This document shows positions 10,375 through 19,622 of a stretch of 64,000 nucleotides of DNA, piece by piece. The notes under the pieces were generated by a model that was not told where the DNA came from, did not search any database, and saw only the letters and a program-made list of their open reading frames with translations. Each line of letters opens with the position of its first letter. Position 1 is the first letter of the stretch. Origin of the DNA: a virus; the IMG/VR virus record IMGVR_UViG_3300034683_000192, positions 135,881 through 199,880 of that record; one strand, 5' to 3'. A program made the position numbers and the translations under genes.

Positions 10375-10410
10375 TTTGGGGATCTCCACCCTAAGATAGA
10401 GATCCCCAAA
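10375..10410. terminator. Intergenic hairpin
   Basis: tttggggatctc...gagatccccaaa. Confidence 0.65.
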
Positions 10411-10415
10411 TTGAA

Positions 10416-11351
10416 CTATTTCTTTTCGTCGTGATAACCAAGACCCTCTATTAGAGAATTCAATTTCATCAGACGATCATTGGCCACCTTGATGTATTTT
10501 TCATTACCAGGATGGCTCCAAAGATCAACCAAAGTCTCACGGATAGCAATAGCTTCTCTGCGATGGCCTGCGAGAGCTTTCTTGGACAGCTTCGGATAGA
10601 CGTTTCTTTGCTGTCCTTCCCAGCCACGAATTCTCGATTGGAACATCACGTCGAGGTGATTTACGAGTTGACCTTCTTTCTTGTCCATGGCGATACCAGT
10701 AATAAAGTACCGGTATTCCACAGTATCTCCACGGAACAGATACGTTTGTTCAATCCAACAATCTATTCCGGGAATCCCTAGGCATGATTGCATGGAATGT
10801 AGTACGTGTGCACGACAAATGAACAAATCAAATATCGCATACGGATACTTGAGAAGATCTTTCATCGTGCGTTCCGTGTGTGGAATTTTCTTTAATTCGC
10901 ACACATCGGATTCGCATCTTGCTGAGATGATTTTATCTGTAGCGTCCTTTTTGACTGGAGGACTTACGCACATGCTGAGAGGATCTACGAGTTCGACACC
11001 TTGTGGTTTGATTTCCATGAGCACATTGAGAAGCGCTCTTCTGCAGAGTGGAGGCATGCGAAAATCGATACCGCCTTTGATATCGATACTGGGGCGCATG
11101 CGTTTGATCGCAGTCTGCGGATCGGAGACTTCGACCTGACGAACTTCGGATGTCTTTGACCATCCGACAATTGGTGAATTCATCCGTACAGCGAAAAATG
11201 TACGAATAGATTTGACGCAATATTCTGCGTCACTGAAGAATGTCGCGAGAGCTTCCCTGAAACCATCGCTGACGGTAGAATCAGCGAGAGAATCGATTGT
11301 CGTTTTGTACGACTCGAAAATTTTGGGATACGAAATCTTGTCAGAAAACAT
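10416..11351 (-). CDS. Hypothetical protein
   Basis: 311 aa, AAGGAG RBS. Confidence 0.8.
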   Translation of the reverse strand: MFSDKISYPKIFESYKTTIDSLADSTVSDGFREALATFFSDAEYCVKSIRTFFAVRMNSPIVGWSKTSEVRQVEVSDPQTAIKRMRPSIDIKGGIDFRMPPLCRRALLNVLMEIKPQGVELVDPLSMCVSPPVKKDATDKIISARCESDVCELKKIPHTERTMKDLLKYPYAIFDLFICRAHVLHSMQSCLGIPGIDCWIEQTYLFRGDTVEYRYFITGIAMDKKEGQLVNHLDVMFQSRIRGWEGQQRNVYPKLSKKALAGHRREAIAIRETLVDLWSHPGNEKYIKVANDRLMKLNSLIEGLGYHDEKK

Positions 11352-11429
11352 GGGTTTCTCCTTTGTGGTGACTATTGACCGCCAAATGAGGTTAATGAAG
11401 CTTCTGGCCTAATGACGCTTATATTGTTA

Positions 11430-11456
11430 CTGGTGGGAGGAATTTCCTCCCACCAG
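11430..11456. terminator. Intergenic hairpin
   Basis: ctggtgggaggaa...ttcctcccaccag. Confidence 0.65.
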
Positions 11457-11462
11457 ATACAA

Positions 11463-11630
11463 TCACGAATTTTCTTTGTATGTGCATTCAGCAAATTCCC
11501 AGACGCACTGGTCAGCCATGTCCTGCTTTTCTTGTTCAGTCATGGCATTCCATTTTTCGTCATCGACTTCAATCGTAGTTTCTCGTTCTGAGCACATGTA
11601 CCCTGTGGATACAATAACTTTTATTTCCAC
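11463..11630 (-). CDS. Small acidic hypothetical protein (55 aa), not in the ORF track
   Basis: GTG start with AGGAG RBS; MEIKVIVSTGYMCSERETTIEVDDEKWNAMTEQEKQDMADQCVWEFAECTYKENS. Confidence 0.7.
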   Translation of the reverse strand: MEIKVIVSTGYMCSERETTIEVDDEKWNAMTEQEKQDMADQCVWEFAECTYKENS

Positions 11631-11641
11631 GAGCTAAACTC

Positions 11642-12157
11642 CTAGGGTTTCCACCACCCAAACAGCTGTTTAATATTCTCTTTGAGTGATGATTCACGAT
11701 TCTTTTGTTCGAGTTTTGTAAGAAGCTCAGAATTCTCCTTACGAAGATCCTTTACTTCTTGCATTATGCATGAATTGTAGAACCCTACGACATTGATGAA
11801 TAAGTATTCTTCGACATCGTGGAGGTATACAAAATCGCCCTCTGGTGAGGTATATTTTTTCAATCGATGGCTGTCGCTAGGTAATGGTAGACCTGGGTCT
11901 ATTTTCCATGCTGGGGAAACGTATCGAGTACGAAGCTCGATGATTCGTGAAGGATCTTCGATATATCCTAAGATTTTCCAATCATCTTCCGTTCTGACAT
12001 ATGCGACATACGTCATCTGGTTATTATCATCTCGTGCACCGACGATAATGACTGACCATTCCGGAGGAGAGAAGTACTTAAGAGTAGATTCATTCGTAGT
12101 GTAGTACACATCAGTATGCATCACTCTTATTTCTTCGCACGTAATGTTTTTAGACAT
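11642..12157 (-). CDS. Hypothetical protein with C-terminal coiled coil
   Basis: 171 aa, GGAG RBS. Confidence 0.75.
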   Translation of the reverse strand: MSKNITCEEIRVMHTDVYYTTNESTLKYFSPPEWSVIIVGARDDNNQMTYVAYVRTEDDWKILGYIEDPSRIIELRTRYVSPAWKIDPGLPLPSDSHRLKKYTSPEGDFVYLHDVEEYLFINVVGFYNSCIMQEVKDLRKENSELLTKLEQKNRESSLKENIKQLFGWWKP

Positions 12158-12171
12158 TTCGCTCTCCAGAA

Positions 12172-12597
12172 TCAGTTCTTTTTGAATTCTTCGTTCAAAT
12201 ATTCCTTGAACAGTTCTTTTGCTGCATCAGGAATTTCTCGAACAATCTCACTATTCGTCACAGTAGGTACCACGCGAATAGCGATCATTTGATTGGTGCT
12301 TGGGAGTACCCAAGTCACTATCCAGCATAATGCACCGATCACCGCGAATCGGATGATTGTCTTGTCAGATATCTTGTCGTCGTTGAATTCTTGAGCCTGT
12401 TTTCTGTGGTATTCGGGTTCCGAGGTGGTCGGATTATCTGCGTGGTTGTTATGTTTTTTGATCTTTTCGTTCATCTCGTTATTGTGGAACATCCCGAAAA
12501 CAGCAAGTACTAGAGTAAGTACCCCGGCAATAGCGAGTATGAGTCGAATTCCATCGAGTTTCAGAATCCAGTAAACTTCCCACGCGGTCATTTTCAT
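12172..12597 (-). CDS. Two-TM membrane protein of a common phage type
   Basis: 141 aa; two hydrophobic helices; LPS...MIAI.VVP C-terminal pattern. Confidence 0.75.
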   Translation of the reverse strand: MKMTAWEVYWILKLDGIRLILAIAGVLTLVLAVFGMFHNNEMNEKIKKHNNHADNPTTSEPEYHRKQAQEFNDDKISDKTIIRFAVIGALCWIVTWVLPSTNQMIAIRVVPTVTNSEIVREIPDAAKELFKEYLNEEFKKN

Positions 12598-12947
12598 TCT
12601 CCTTCGATACGAATGTTTGCAGCAGAAAGCAAATCCCGGAAATAATCGACGAATTCATTGGTACCTACAGGCGATGCTTCCATTAGCTTTACGCCTTGAA
12701 AATACAAAACTCGTGAAGTATCGATCGATACGACATTACTGACGTATTCGATCGTCATATTGATTGCCGCAGAAATAGCGGTCCCAGTGAGATCTTCTGT
12801 GGATTTCAGTACTGGGCACAGTCGATGAAGGAATTCTTCAGTGTACGGTACATTTGAACGCAATCGCGTTGACAGATCAGAAAGATGGATACAAAGATCT
12901 ATGAATTCATCTTCTGTTCTACCGATGAGAAATTGTTTGGTGTACAT
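12594..12947 (-). CDS. Hypothetical helical protein
   Basis: 117 aa, coupled to the next gene. Confidence 0.7.
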   Translation of the reverse strand: MYTKQFLIGRTEDEFIDLCIHLSDLSTRLRSNVPYTEEFLHRLCPVLKSTEDLTGTAISAAINMTIEYVSNVVSIDTSRVLYFQGVKLMEASPVGTNEFVDYFRDLLSAANIRIEGE

Positions 12948-12961
12948 GATTTTGTCCTGAA

Positions 12962-13240
12962 TTACAGATGAAACGCACGGAGTCTGGACAAGATCCGCTG
13001 AAGAGGAGCAGCTTCATTTATGTTGAAGGTGTCCGCAACTGGAATGTTCTGATTGATAAAATTCACGGCGAATTCGTGAACTTCTTCGACTGTGTTACAA
13101 ACCAGACGAATCTGATGTTCTGCGGTCTGTGCTGCATGATCTCCGAGTATCGTTTTGATGTATCGTGAGGCAACCTGCACAGACTCTTTAAGTGCATCAT
13201 TCATCACAATCTTTCTCCTCTTTAGGATTGCAGTACGCAA
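12962..13240 (-). CDS. Hypothetical protein
   Basis: 92 aa (start may be internal MNDALK). Confidence 0.65.
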   Translation of the reverse strand: MRTAILKRRKIVMNDALKESVQVASRYIKTILGDHAAQTAEHQIRLVCNTVEEVHEFAVNFINQNIPVADTFNINEAAPLQRILSRLRAFHL

Positions 13241-13388
13241 GAGAATCTAACACGATTTTTTGTTTGTAACGAGTTTTCACTGTCGTGAGTATTTCCGGTA
13301 AGGGTTGTTTCATATCGTCGACATTTTTCATAGTCAAACGAGTACCATCGGCATAAATGGTTCGAATGTCTATGGGAATATCTTTCAT
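13197..13388 (-). CDS. Small hypothetical protein
   Basis: ATGA overlap with the stop of the upstream gene at 13385-13388. Confidence 0.6.
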   Translation of the reverse strand: MKDIPIDIRTIYADGTRLTMKNVDDMKQPLPEILTTVKTRYKQKIVLDSLAYCNPKEEKDCDE

Positions 13389-13738
13389 TGGAGTTTCCTT
13401 GTTGCGCAATGTGTATCAAGTTCTTCGAAATACTTTTCTGCTTCGCGCATTGACAAAGAATTTATCGCGTCACTTTGATCAGGATTGTGGTGCATGAGCT
13501 TTACTGCTTTACCGCTCAAGATAACGGCAAGTACCATCCTTTTCATTGCCTCGTAAACCATATCTTCATCGATGCCATCGTTGGTGCGAAGAGAATTCAA
13601 GTATTCGCGAATACACTCGACGATTTTGTCACTGGGATAATCCACGAGCGTCAAGAATTTCTTCGTCAATTTGTCGTCATCTTCAGCGTGGTACAACTTA
13701 CAAAGTTCATCCACGAGATCGAGAGGAATTCTGATCAT
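13385..13738 (-). CDS. Hypothetical helical protein
   Basis: 117 aa, AGGTAA RBS, follows a terminator. Confidence 0.7.
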   Translation of the reverse strand: MIRIPLDLVDELCKLYHAEDDDKLTKKFLTLVDYPSDKIVECIREYLNSLRTNDGIDEDMVYEAMKRMVLAVILSGKAVKLMHHNPDQSDAINSLSMREAEKYFEELDTHCATRKLQ

Positions 13739-13759
13739 ATCGTTTTACCTATTTAAAGA

Positions 13760-13785
13760 GGAGGATCCCCTCAAAGGGATCCTCC
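13760..13785. terminator. Hairpin after the RNAP beta' gene
   Basis: ggaggatccc...gggatcctcc. Confidence 0.7.
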
Positions 13786-13794
13786 TTCCTGTTA

Positions 13795-15318
13795 TTACAT
13801 TTCGAACCTAACGTGTTTTGGCGTATCCATACCACACGAAAGGAATGAGTTGATGTGAACTGTCGCCTGGTTTGTAGGCATAACGAGTCCACCAACTGCC
13901 AAATCGGATTTCGACAGAATAGTCATCCTTGGATGAAGATTCTGAAGAAATGGCACCATCCCCATTTCTTTGATGAAGAGGATGTACATTTCGTCACCAT
14001 CAAAGTCAGCATTCGGGGCTTTGCAGATACGCGCAGAAATGGAGATTGTTTCATCCGCCATATCTGTTTTGACTTTGGTCATGTAAAGGAGCTGAATGGC
14101 TCCTAGGACCAGAGTCGGATTTCGTCCGACCAAAAGAGGTAGTCCCTTATAAGGACACTCTTCGATCAGTTTCATGATGATGCGGTGAATATCTTCGTCG
14201 AACACTACAAGTCCTCGCATGTACTTTGCGAGTGCCTCGTTGAGTGTATGTGGTCGTTTAACTTTGTATCCTGGGGATTCTTCCACAGGAATGAAAGATC
14301 GATTCATGAGAACATTAAGGATCTCTCCTTTAAGTGCTCCCATTGCAATTTTCATAGGGATATAGATTTCATCCCCTTCATGTGGACTGACGATTGGTAC
14401 AATGACTGAACGTGCAGAGAAGTGGACTCTAGCGCCCATGTTGTGGCGACGAGCCTGTGCAAATTTGTCACCGAATTTCTTTTCGATGATGTTTTCAGTA
14501 TAAGCGATGAGACTTTCGTAGACTTTCCACAACTGTCTGTCGACGTACGTTTTGTCAGTCAGACATCTCTTCGATTCGTATGCGAGTGTGGACAAGTCAG
14601 ATGCTGCTGACATCATGTGGCCTGCAGCGTTGTCAATAGCTTTCATCTTGCACTCTTTCGCGATTGGCGTAAGTACAGGATGAAGTGAAGGAAATTTGCG
14701 TATCCACATCAAGTGTTTGTATTGCTCATACATGTCTTTGACGTGGCATAAATCTTTCTTGCTCTTCGTCAACTTGTATGTGTTGAAGAAGAAGTCCATG
14801 ATTTCGTCTGTATGTTTCTCGAAATAGCGAAATCCTTGAGCACGGATGTGTGACCGCACACCGTGAGGAAGTTCTTCTGTAGGATCAAGGATTGCTTGGA
14901 GAAGAGGAATTTTTCGTACTTTCGATTTGGGTTTTTCGGACTTTACTTTGCCGAGCCATCTCGAAAGAACTGCGTAAAATACTGGATGCATGATCGATGG
15001 GAGATGATCAGGGAAGATGAGCCAGTTAACGCAGCCGAGTTTGCTCGTAAACTCTGTTGAGACAGTAGTTTTGCAGATCGGACAAACGTATCCTGCGTAG
15101 AAGTTCCCCCGATACTCCTTACACTCACAAGTAGCTACGAAACCAAGCTCAGGCTCAATATCGTAGAAGAGCTGTGAGATTCTTTCTTGAGTAAGCTTCT
15201 TTCCTGTAAGATCAGAATCGTTAAGAGCTTTTGCTCCTATCGATTCAGAATGAAGTTTCTCAAAATCTGTTAGCCGTACCCTATTTCGTTTGAGATACGG
15301 ACTTTTCTTTCCACTCAC
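13795..15318 (-). CDS. Non-virion RNA polymerase beta' subunit carrying the catalytic motif (phiKZ gp55-like)
   Basis: Zn finger CEC...CPIC; GARVHFSARSVI; GRNPTL; catalytic NADFDGD. Confidence 0.93.
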   Translation of the reverse strand: MSGKKSPYLKRNRVRLTDFEKLHSESIGAKALNDSDLTGKKLTQERISQLFYDIEPELGFVATCECKEYRGNFYAGYVCPICKTTVSTEFTSKLGCVNWLIFPDHLPSIMHPVFYAVLSRWLGKVKSEKPKSKVRKIPLLQAILDPTEELPHGVRSHIRAQGFRYFEKHTDEIMDFFFNTYKLTKSKKDLCHVKDMYEQYKHLMWIRKFPSLHPVLTPIAKECKMKAIDNAAGHMMSAASDLSTLAYESKRCLTDKTYVDRQLWKVYESLIAYTENIIEKKFGDKFAQARRHNMGARVHFSARSVIVPIVSPHEGDEIYIPMKIAMGALKGEILNVLMNRSFIPVEESPGYKVKRPHTLNEALAKYMRGLVVFDEDIHRIIMKLIEECPYKGLPLLVGRNPTLVLGAIQLLYMTKVKTDMADETISISARICKAPNADFDGDEMYILFIKEMGMVPFLQNLHPRMTILSKSDLAVGGLVMPTNQATVHINSFLSCGMDTPKHVRFEM

Positions 15319-15368
15319 AGATACTTACCTCCTAGACCGAAAAATTAAACCCTTTGGTCTAAAGAAAC

Positions 15369-15402
15369 AAGGGGAGGGACCCTTTGAAGGACCCCTCCCC
15401 TT
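15369..15402 (-). terminator. Terminator after chimallin
   Basis: aaggggaggg...ccctcccctt, followed on the minus strand by ttgtttcttt. Confidence 0.75.
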
Positions 15403-15436
15403 CGAACCGTTTCCTTAAGGCGTTTTCGTGTGTGGA

Positions 15437-17086
15437 CTATCTGTGACGGATGGTGCGACCACCCCAGATGCCAGAGCCCTGGCGAATGCTCTGCCCACGA
15501 CGAGTGTGGATGGACGTACGACCCATGATCGCAGAGATGTTGCGACCGCGGTCGAAGTAGGCGCCGATGCTGATGGGAGCATTGGTGTTGTAGTCGGTAC
15601 GAACGCGCAGCGAGCTGCCGGCGGCCTTCATGATGGCTTCGAGCGCATCTTCACGCAGCGGGCACATGTAGGTCATGTACAGCGGCTGGACATTCTTGTA
15701 GCCGAGGTCACGAATGGAGTCGATCCGGCGCAGCGCATCGTTGTCGTAGGTGAGGAAGTCCCCGAGCAGACGACGATCGCTGGTAGCCTGAATGGCATCG
15801 AAGTAGTCGATTTCGCGGGAATCGACCATGCGGCCTTCCTTGTTCACCAGAGTGGTGAGCATGCCGATCGGCTTGTCGAACATGGTATCCGGACCGTCAG
15901 TGATGTGATTGCTTCCGAAGAATTCAGCGAAGTCTTCGAGAATCGGGCCCTGCATCTTTTCGTTGGCCATGGCATACATGCCGGGCAGGGTCACGCGACC
16001 GGGCTGGATGTCGACCACGACGATCGGTTCGAACATGCGGTCACGGACGAAGCGATTGAGCTGATCGATGTTGGTAAGTTCTTCGGGACGACCATCTTCA
16101 TCGAACCACAGATTGCCGAGGTTCGGGCTGTTCGGGCCGAAGGATTGGAACGGAGACAGCCAGCCCTTATGGGTGATGGCGTAGTCCAGGAAGTTGGCCA
16201 GCAGAACGGGGAACATCCGAGAATGACGGATGTAGGAGGCCCATTCGGTGAGGTGCAGGATCGGCTGGTACATGAGGTCGCGGCCTTCGTAGACTTCATA
16301 GAAGTCCGTGAAACCGCCCATGGCGCCGAGTTCGATGTATTCGTCGCGACGATCACGATCATCACGATTACGATCACGGTCGCGAACATCGCGATCACGA
16401 TCGTCCGTCAGCATGTTCATGACGATGCCGACGTCGATGCGGCCGAGCACCTTGTGCGGGGTCAGCGCGCCGATGACGTCGTGTACACGGTTGGGATCGG
16501 TGACGATGTCGTAGCGGCATTCCTTCACCATCTTGTAGGTGATGTCGCTGTAGAGACCGCCGGTGAGTGCTTCCTTCACCGTGTCGAACCACTGGGTCGG
16601 CTTTTCGTAGTCGCCACGCAGAACGACGTAGACGTCCAGCAGCGATTCGGCATTGCCGATTTCCAGAGCGATGCGGAATTCGTCATGCACGCGGGAGACG
16701 TAGTCTTCGGTACCGCCGCGATAAGCATCGGGGCGCATGTGTTCTTCGAAGATCAGCGCGACGGCGATGCCGTCCTTGACGAACAGTTCGGCGCTGGCGG
16801 CGGGCATACGCACGCTCGTGATGCCGAGTTCCGGAGCCTTGGTGAAGGATTCCTTCAGCTGCGTCAGGAAGGTCGTACCTTCCGGCGACAGTGCCTGGTG
16901 CTGAGCCTTGCTGCGCACGTAGTGGATGAGCGATGCACCGCTCGAACCAGACGAGGAGGAAGCTGCACGTTCGGCGCGAGTGTCGTCCTGAACGGGCGAC
17001 ACGTTGTCATGAACGGATCCCACAGGGGATGCGATCGGATGACCCTGGGTCTTGTCATTGTCATCGATGGCGAATTCAACGGGCAT
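15437..17086 (-). CDS. chmA: Chimallin (major phage nuclear shell protein, PhuN/ChmA)
   Basis: 549 aa immediately upstream of the beta' gene (conserved chmA-gp55 synteny); extreme G/C-ending codon bias; own early promoter and terminator; disordered N-terminus; NLGNL motif. Confidence 0.78.
   Translation of the reverse strand: MPVEFAIDDNDKTQGHPIASPVGSVHDNVSPVQDDTRAERAASSSSGSSGASLIHYVRSKAQHQALSPEGTTFLTQLKESFTKAPELGITSVRMPAASAELFVKDGIAVALIFEEHMRPDAYRGGTEDYVSRVHDEFRIALEIGNAESLLDVYVVLRGDYEKPTQWFDTVKEALTGGLYSDITYKMVKECRYDIVTDPNRVHDVIGALTPHKVLGRIDVGIVMNMLTDDRDRDVRDRDRNRDDRDRRDEYIELGAMGGFTDFYEVYEGRDLMYQPILHLTEWASYIRHSRMFPVLLANFLDYAITHKGWLSPFQSFGPNSPNLGNLWFDEDGRPEELTNIDQLNRFVRDRMFEPIVVVDIQPGRVTLPGMYAMANEKMQGPILEDFAEFFGSNHITDGPDTMFDKPIGMLTTLVNKEGRMVDSREIDYFDAIQATSDRRLLGDFLTYDNDALRRIDSIRDLGYKNVQPLYMTYMCPLREDALEAIMKAAGSSLRVRTDYNTNAPISIGAYFDRGRNISAIMGRTSIHTRRGQSIRQGSGIWGGRTIRHR
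16341..16406 (-). repeat. Degenerate hexamer repeat (acgatc)n encoding DDRDRDVRDRDRNRDDRDRRDE within chimallin
   Basis: Directly visible in DNA and protein. Confidence 0.85.
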
Positions 17087-17189
17087 CGGAGTCTCCTTGA
17101 TGCAGTTGGTTGGTTTACGTTCCTGGCCAGAACTTATTAGTAGTTTTACCTAGATCGTACCAATTACAATCTAAGCAGGGTTCACAATA

Positions 17190-17199
17190 GTGATATATA
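17190..17199 (-). promoter_or_regulatory. Putative early promoter variant TATATATCAC upstream of chimallin
   Basis: Same variant at 34064; about 100 nt upstream of the ATG. Confidence 0.55.
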
Positions 17200-17297
17200 T
17201 GCACATTTCCCTTGGGGATTTGAGCACATGATATGCAACCCGTGTACGAAATGACATGGTCGCTTGACCCGCCTCATTATGTAGGAGGAAGGTATAC

Positions 17298-18461
17298 ATG
17301 CTACAAGACCTCGCGCACCACTTCCGTGTGGCATCACCTAAGGTCCTGCCCAAATGGGAGCAGTACGTGGATTTTTTGAAACTTCAGAAGCGCATACTCA
17401 AAACACGCTTCTTGAATCTTGACGGATTTGAGTCGAGAGGATTCTTCATACTGAAGCAGATCCTTAAGACTCTCGATCCAGATATAGAGTATCTGTCATT
17501 ACAGTCAAATGACTTTGCAAGATATCTCAACTATTTCAAAGAAATTCCATCGAATGCTAACGATATATTCGATCCTGCACGATCTGGTAAAGCCTATCGA
17601 AAAGCATTCTACAAGAAAGGATTATTCGCACCGAACGAATACATTTGTCCGGTATCCGATGTTGACCACATCAAAACTCTTCCTCTCGAAGGATCGTGGG
17701 AAGAGTGGAGTAAGGTCAAACCTATGCAAATATGGTATCACGATACTGACGAGTATACTCTCGACATATTTCAAGGACAAGTAGTTACGAAATACACACA
17801 TCCGAATTTCTCGATGATCTGTCTCGATACTACTGCTCTTCTTTTCAAATACTTCAAATATCTGACGATGGATGTACCCCAAGAAGAAGGAACAAAGAAC
17901 TTCCATACATTCATCTATAAACACGTCTATCCATTTATCATGGATGATCTACTCGAAATATGGTTATTCAACAGAATAACTCATATAGCAAATCTCGTTA
18001 CTGAAGGACCTTCCACTGCCAACTTAGTCCATATAGCACCATCATCCGATCGAGCATTCGGGTACGTGGGAAGCAGGTATGGAGAAGCAATGGAATCTCT
18101 TTACAGTGCGATGGAAGATGTCAAAAATGGTACAATTAACGTGAATTCAATCTTCTGTGCAAAATTGCTCCCGAGTGGATCAATAGTGGATAGAATGAAT
18201 TACGCCAATGAGTATCTCGATATTCCGAATACTGTACAATACAAACATGCGATTCTTTTGAGGGACATGCCGATCATTGATCTCATGGTAACCATGCACT
18301 CGTGGAGACCTGACGTCACCATCTATCAATCTCTCAGAAGAGATCTCAATATTTACCTGAGAAGAATGAAAATGAATCGTATATGGCAGAGAATCTATGA
18401 TTCGTCCGTACGGACGAAAGTAGAAGATTGGATTGAAAATTCGCAAAAGAAAATCGAGTAA
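17298..18461 (+). CDS. Conserved protein divergent from chimallin (phiKZ gp52-like, probably virion)
   Basis: 387 aa, GGAGG RBS; preceded by cattatg (possible late TATG start); synteny. Confidence 0.5.
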   Translation: MLQDLAHHFRVASPKVLPKWEQYVDFLKLQKRILKTRFLNLDGFESRGFFILKQILKTLDPDIEYLSLQSNDFARYLNYFKEIPSNANDIFDPARSGKAYRKAFYKKGLFAPNEYICPVSDVDHIKTLPLEGSWEEWSKVKPMQIWYHDTDEYTLDIFQGQVVTKYTHPNFSMICLDTTALLFKYFKYLTMDVPQEEGTKNFHTFIYKHVYPFIMDDLLEIWLFNRITHIANLVTEGPSTANLVHIAPSSDRAFGYVGSRYGEAMESLYSAMEDVKNGTINVNSIFCAKLLPSGSIVDRMNYANEYLDIPNTVQYKHAILLRDMPIIDLMVTMHSWRPDVTIYQSLRRDLNIYLRRMKMNRIWQRIYDSSVRTKVEDWIENSQKKIE

Positions 18462-18474
18462 TTGAAATGTGAAG

Positions 18475-18500
18475 AGAGGATGGTCTAATGACCATCCTCT
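18475..18500. terminator. Hairpin
   Basis: agaggatggtc...gaccatcctct. Confidence 0.65.
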
Positions 18501-18755
18501 TTAGTAGAAACTTTATGTTTATCTGTATATCTACGAGATCCTTTGATGGATCTCGTTTATCATTTTCCTCTTTCTTTTATCCTCCCCACCACCCACCCTA
18601 TAGAGGGTGTTTCCTTATTTAAATACTAAATACAAAATAAGGAAGTGTCTCACAGATATGCAGACTTCGTCTGCCTCCCATTTTCTCCGAAGAGAAATGT
18701 TCGCAAAATATAGATAGTCTCTGTAAAAAAATACAAAAGTTCATTCTGTAGAGAA

Positions 18756-18784
18756 ATCTAGGGGAGACACTGTCTCCCCTAGAT
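18756..18784. terminator. Hairpin
   Basis: atctaggggagaca...tgtctcccctagat. Confidence 0.65.
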
Positions 18785-18790
18785 GAAATG

Positions 18791-19612
18791 TTATTTCTCC
18801 GCATATTCCATGAGAATCGTGTTCAGAGTTTTCCCATTCCAGGATTCTCGGGTACATGACTTAAGCGCATTGTTGATGTACTCAGCGACTTCGGGATTGT
18901 TGAGTTCGGAAAGTTCATCAACTATTATTGCCAGTACGAGACCCTGATCCATATCACTTACCCGAGAGAACTCCTTCCTTACGAAGTTCGGATTGACGGT
19001 ATCCTTCACGTGCACGAATCCGTCATTTATGAGAAGCTCGGGAAATTGTGTCACGTCGTCGGGGTGCATACGAATCGTGCAGGTATCGATCTGCTGATCC
19101 ACATTACCGGGTTCCATCCATGTGTGTACTCGGATAGTACGAAGAGGAAACTTGGAATCCTCCGTCGGAATGATGATCAGCTTCTTGGAATTTGGATCAT
19201 CTTCTTTGAGTTCCCGGATGTGACGATATGCCGAACAAAAATCCGAGAATACCAGAACGAACTCAGGATGTACCCGATTGTGATTGGTAACACCCACATT
19301 GTACGGGTATCTCGAATGAAAATCCAGAATGAAACCAACCCCGAGGATTGGTTCGAGTTCGTAGGGGCCGCACAAGAAGTCGCAACGCGTGCAACTGATT
19401 ATTTCAGGATTCATTGCTCCAATCTTCATCTTTACAAATTCGATGATTTCGTCGAGAACTAATTCAACTGTACCATCTTCCATTTGACGGCGAATTGTTA
19501 TACGTTCGTATTCATCATTCAGAAGTACTGAAGTGAATTGCTCGACCTGCCCACAAAGATCTGTCGTACCGCACTGCGGACACACGGAAATACGTCTACC
19601 TGCGACATCCAT
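18791..19612 (-). CDS. Hypothetical protein with N-terminal Zn ribbon (CPQC...CTRC)
   Basis: ATG at 19612 with AAGGAG RBS. Confidence 0.75.
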   Translation of the reverse strand: MDVAGRRISVCPQCGTTDLCGQVEQFTSVLLNDEYERITIRRQMEDGTVELVLDEIIEFVKMKIGAMNPEIISCTRCDFLCGPYELEPILGVGFILDFHSRYPYNVGVTNHNRVHPEFVLVFSDFCSAYRHIRELKEDDPNSKKLIIIPTEDSKFPLRTIRVHTWMEPGNVDQQIDTCTIRMHPDDVTQFPELLINDGFVHVKDTVNPNFVRKEFSRVSDMDQGLVLAIIVDELSELNNPEVAEYINNALKSCTRESWNGKTLNTILMEYAEK

Positions 19613-19622
19613 GAGATTCTCC

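Noticed and set aside
15428-17140. 570-aa plus-strand ORF antisense to chimallin
   Set aside because: Shadow ORF produced by strong G/C-ending codon bias on the opposite strand; no RBS, no recognisable motifs
18502-18755. About 250-nt gap between convergent genes as a possible ncRNA
   Set aside because: AT-rich with no convincing structure beyond the flanking terminators; overlapping 61-aa ORF lacks an RBS
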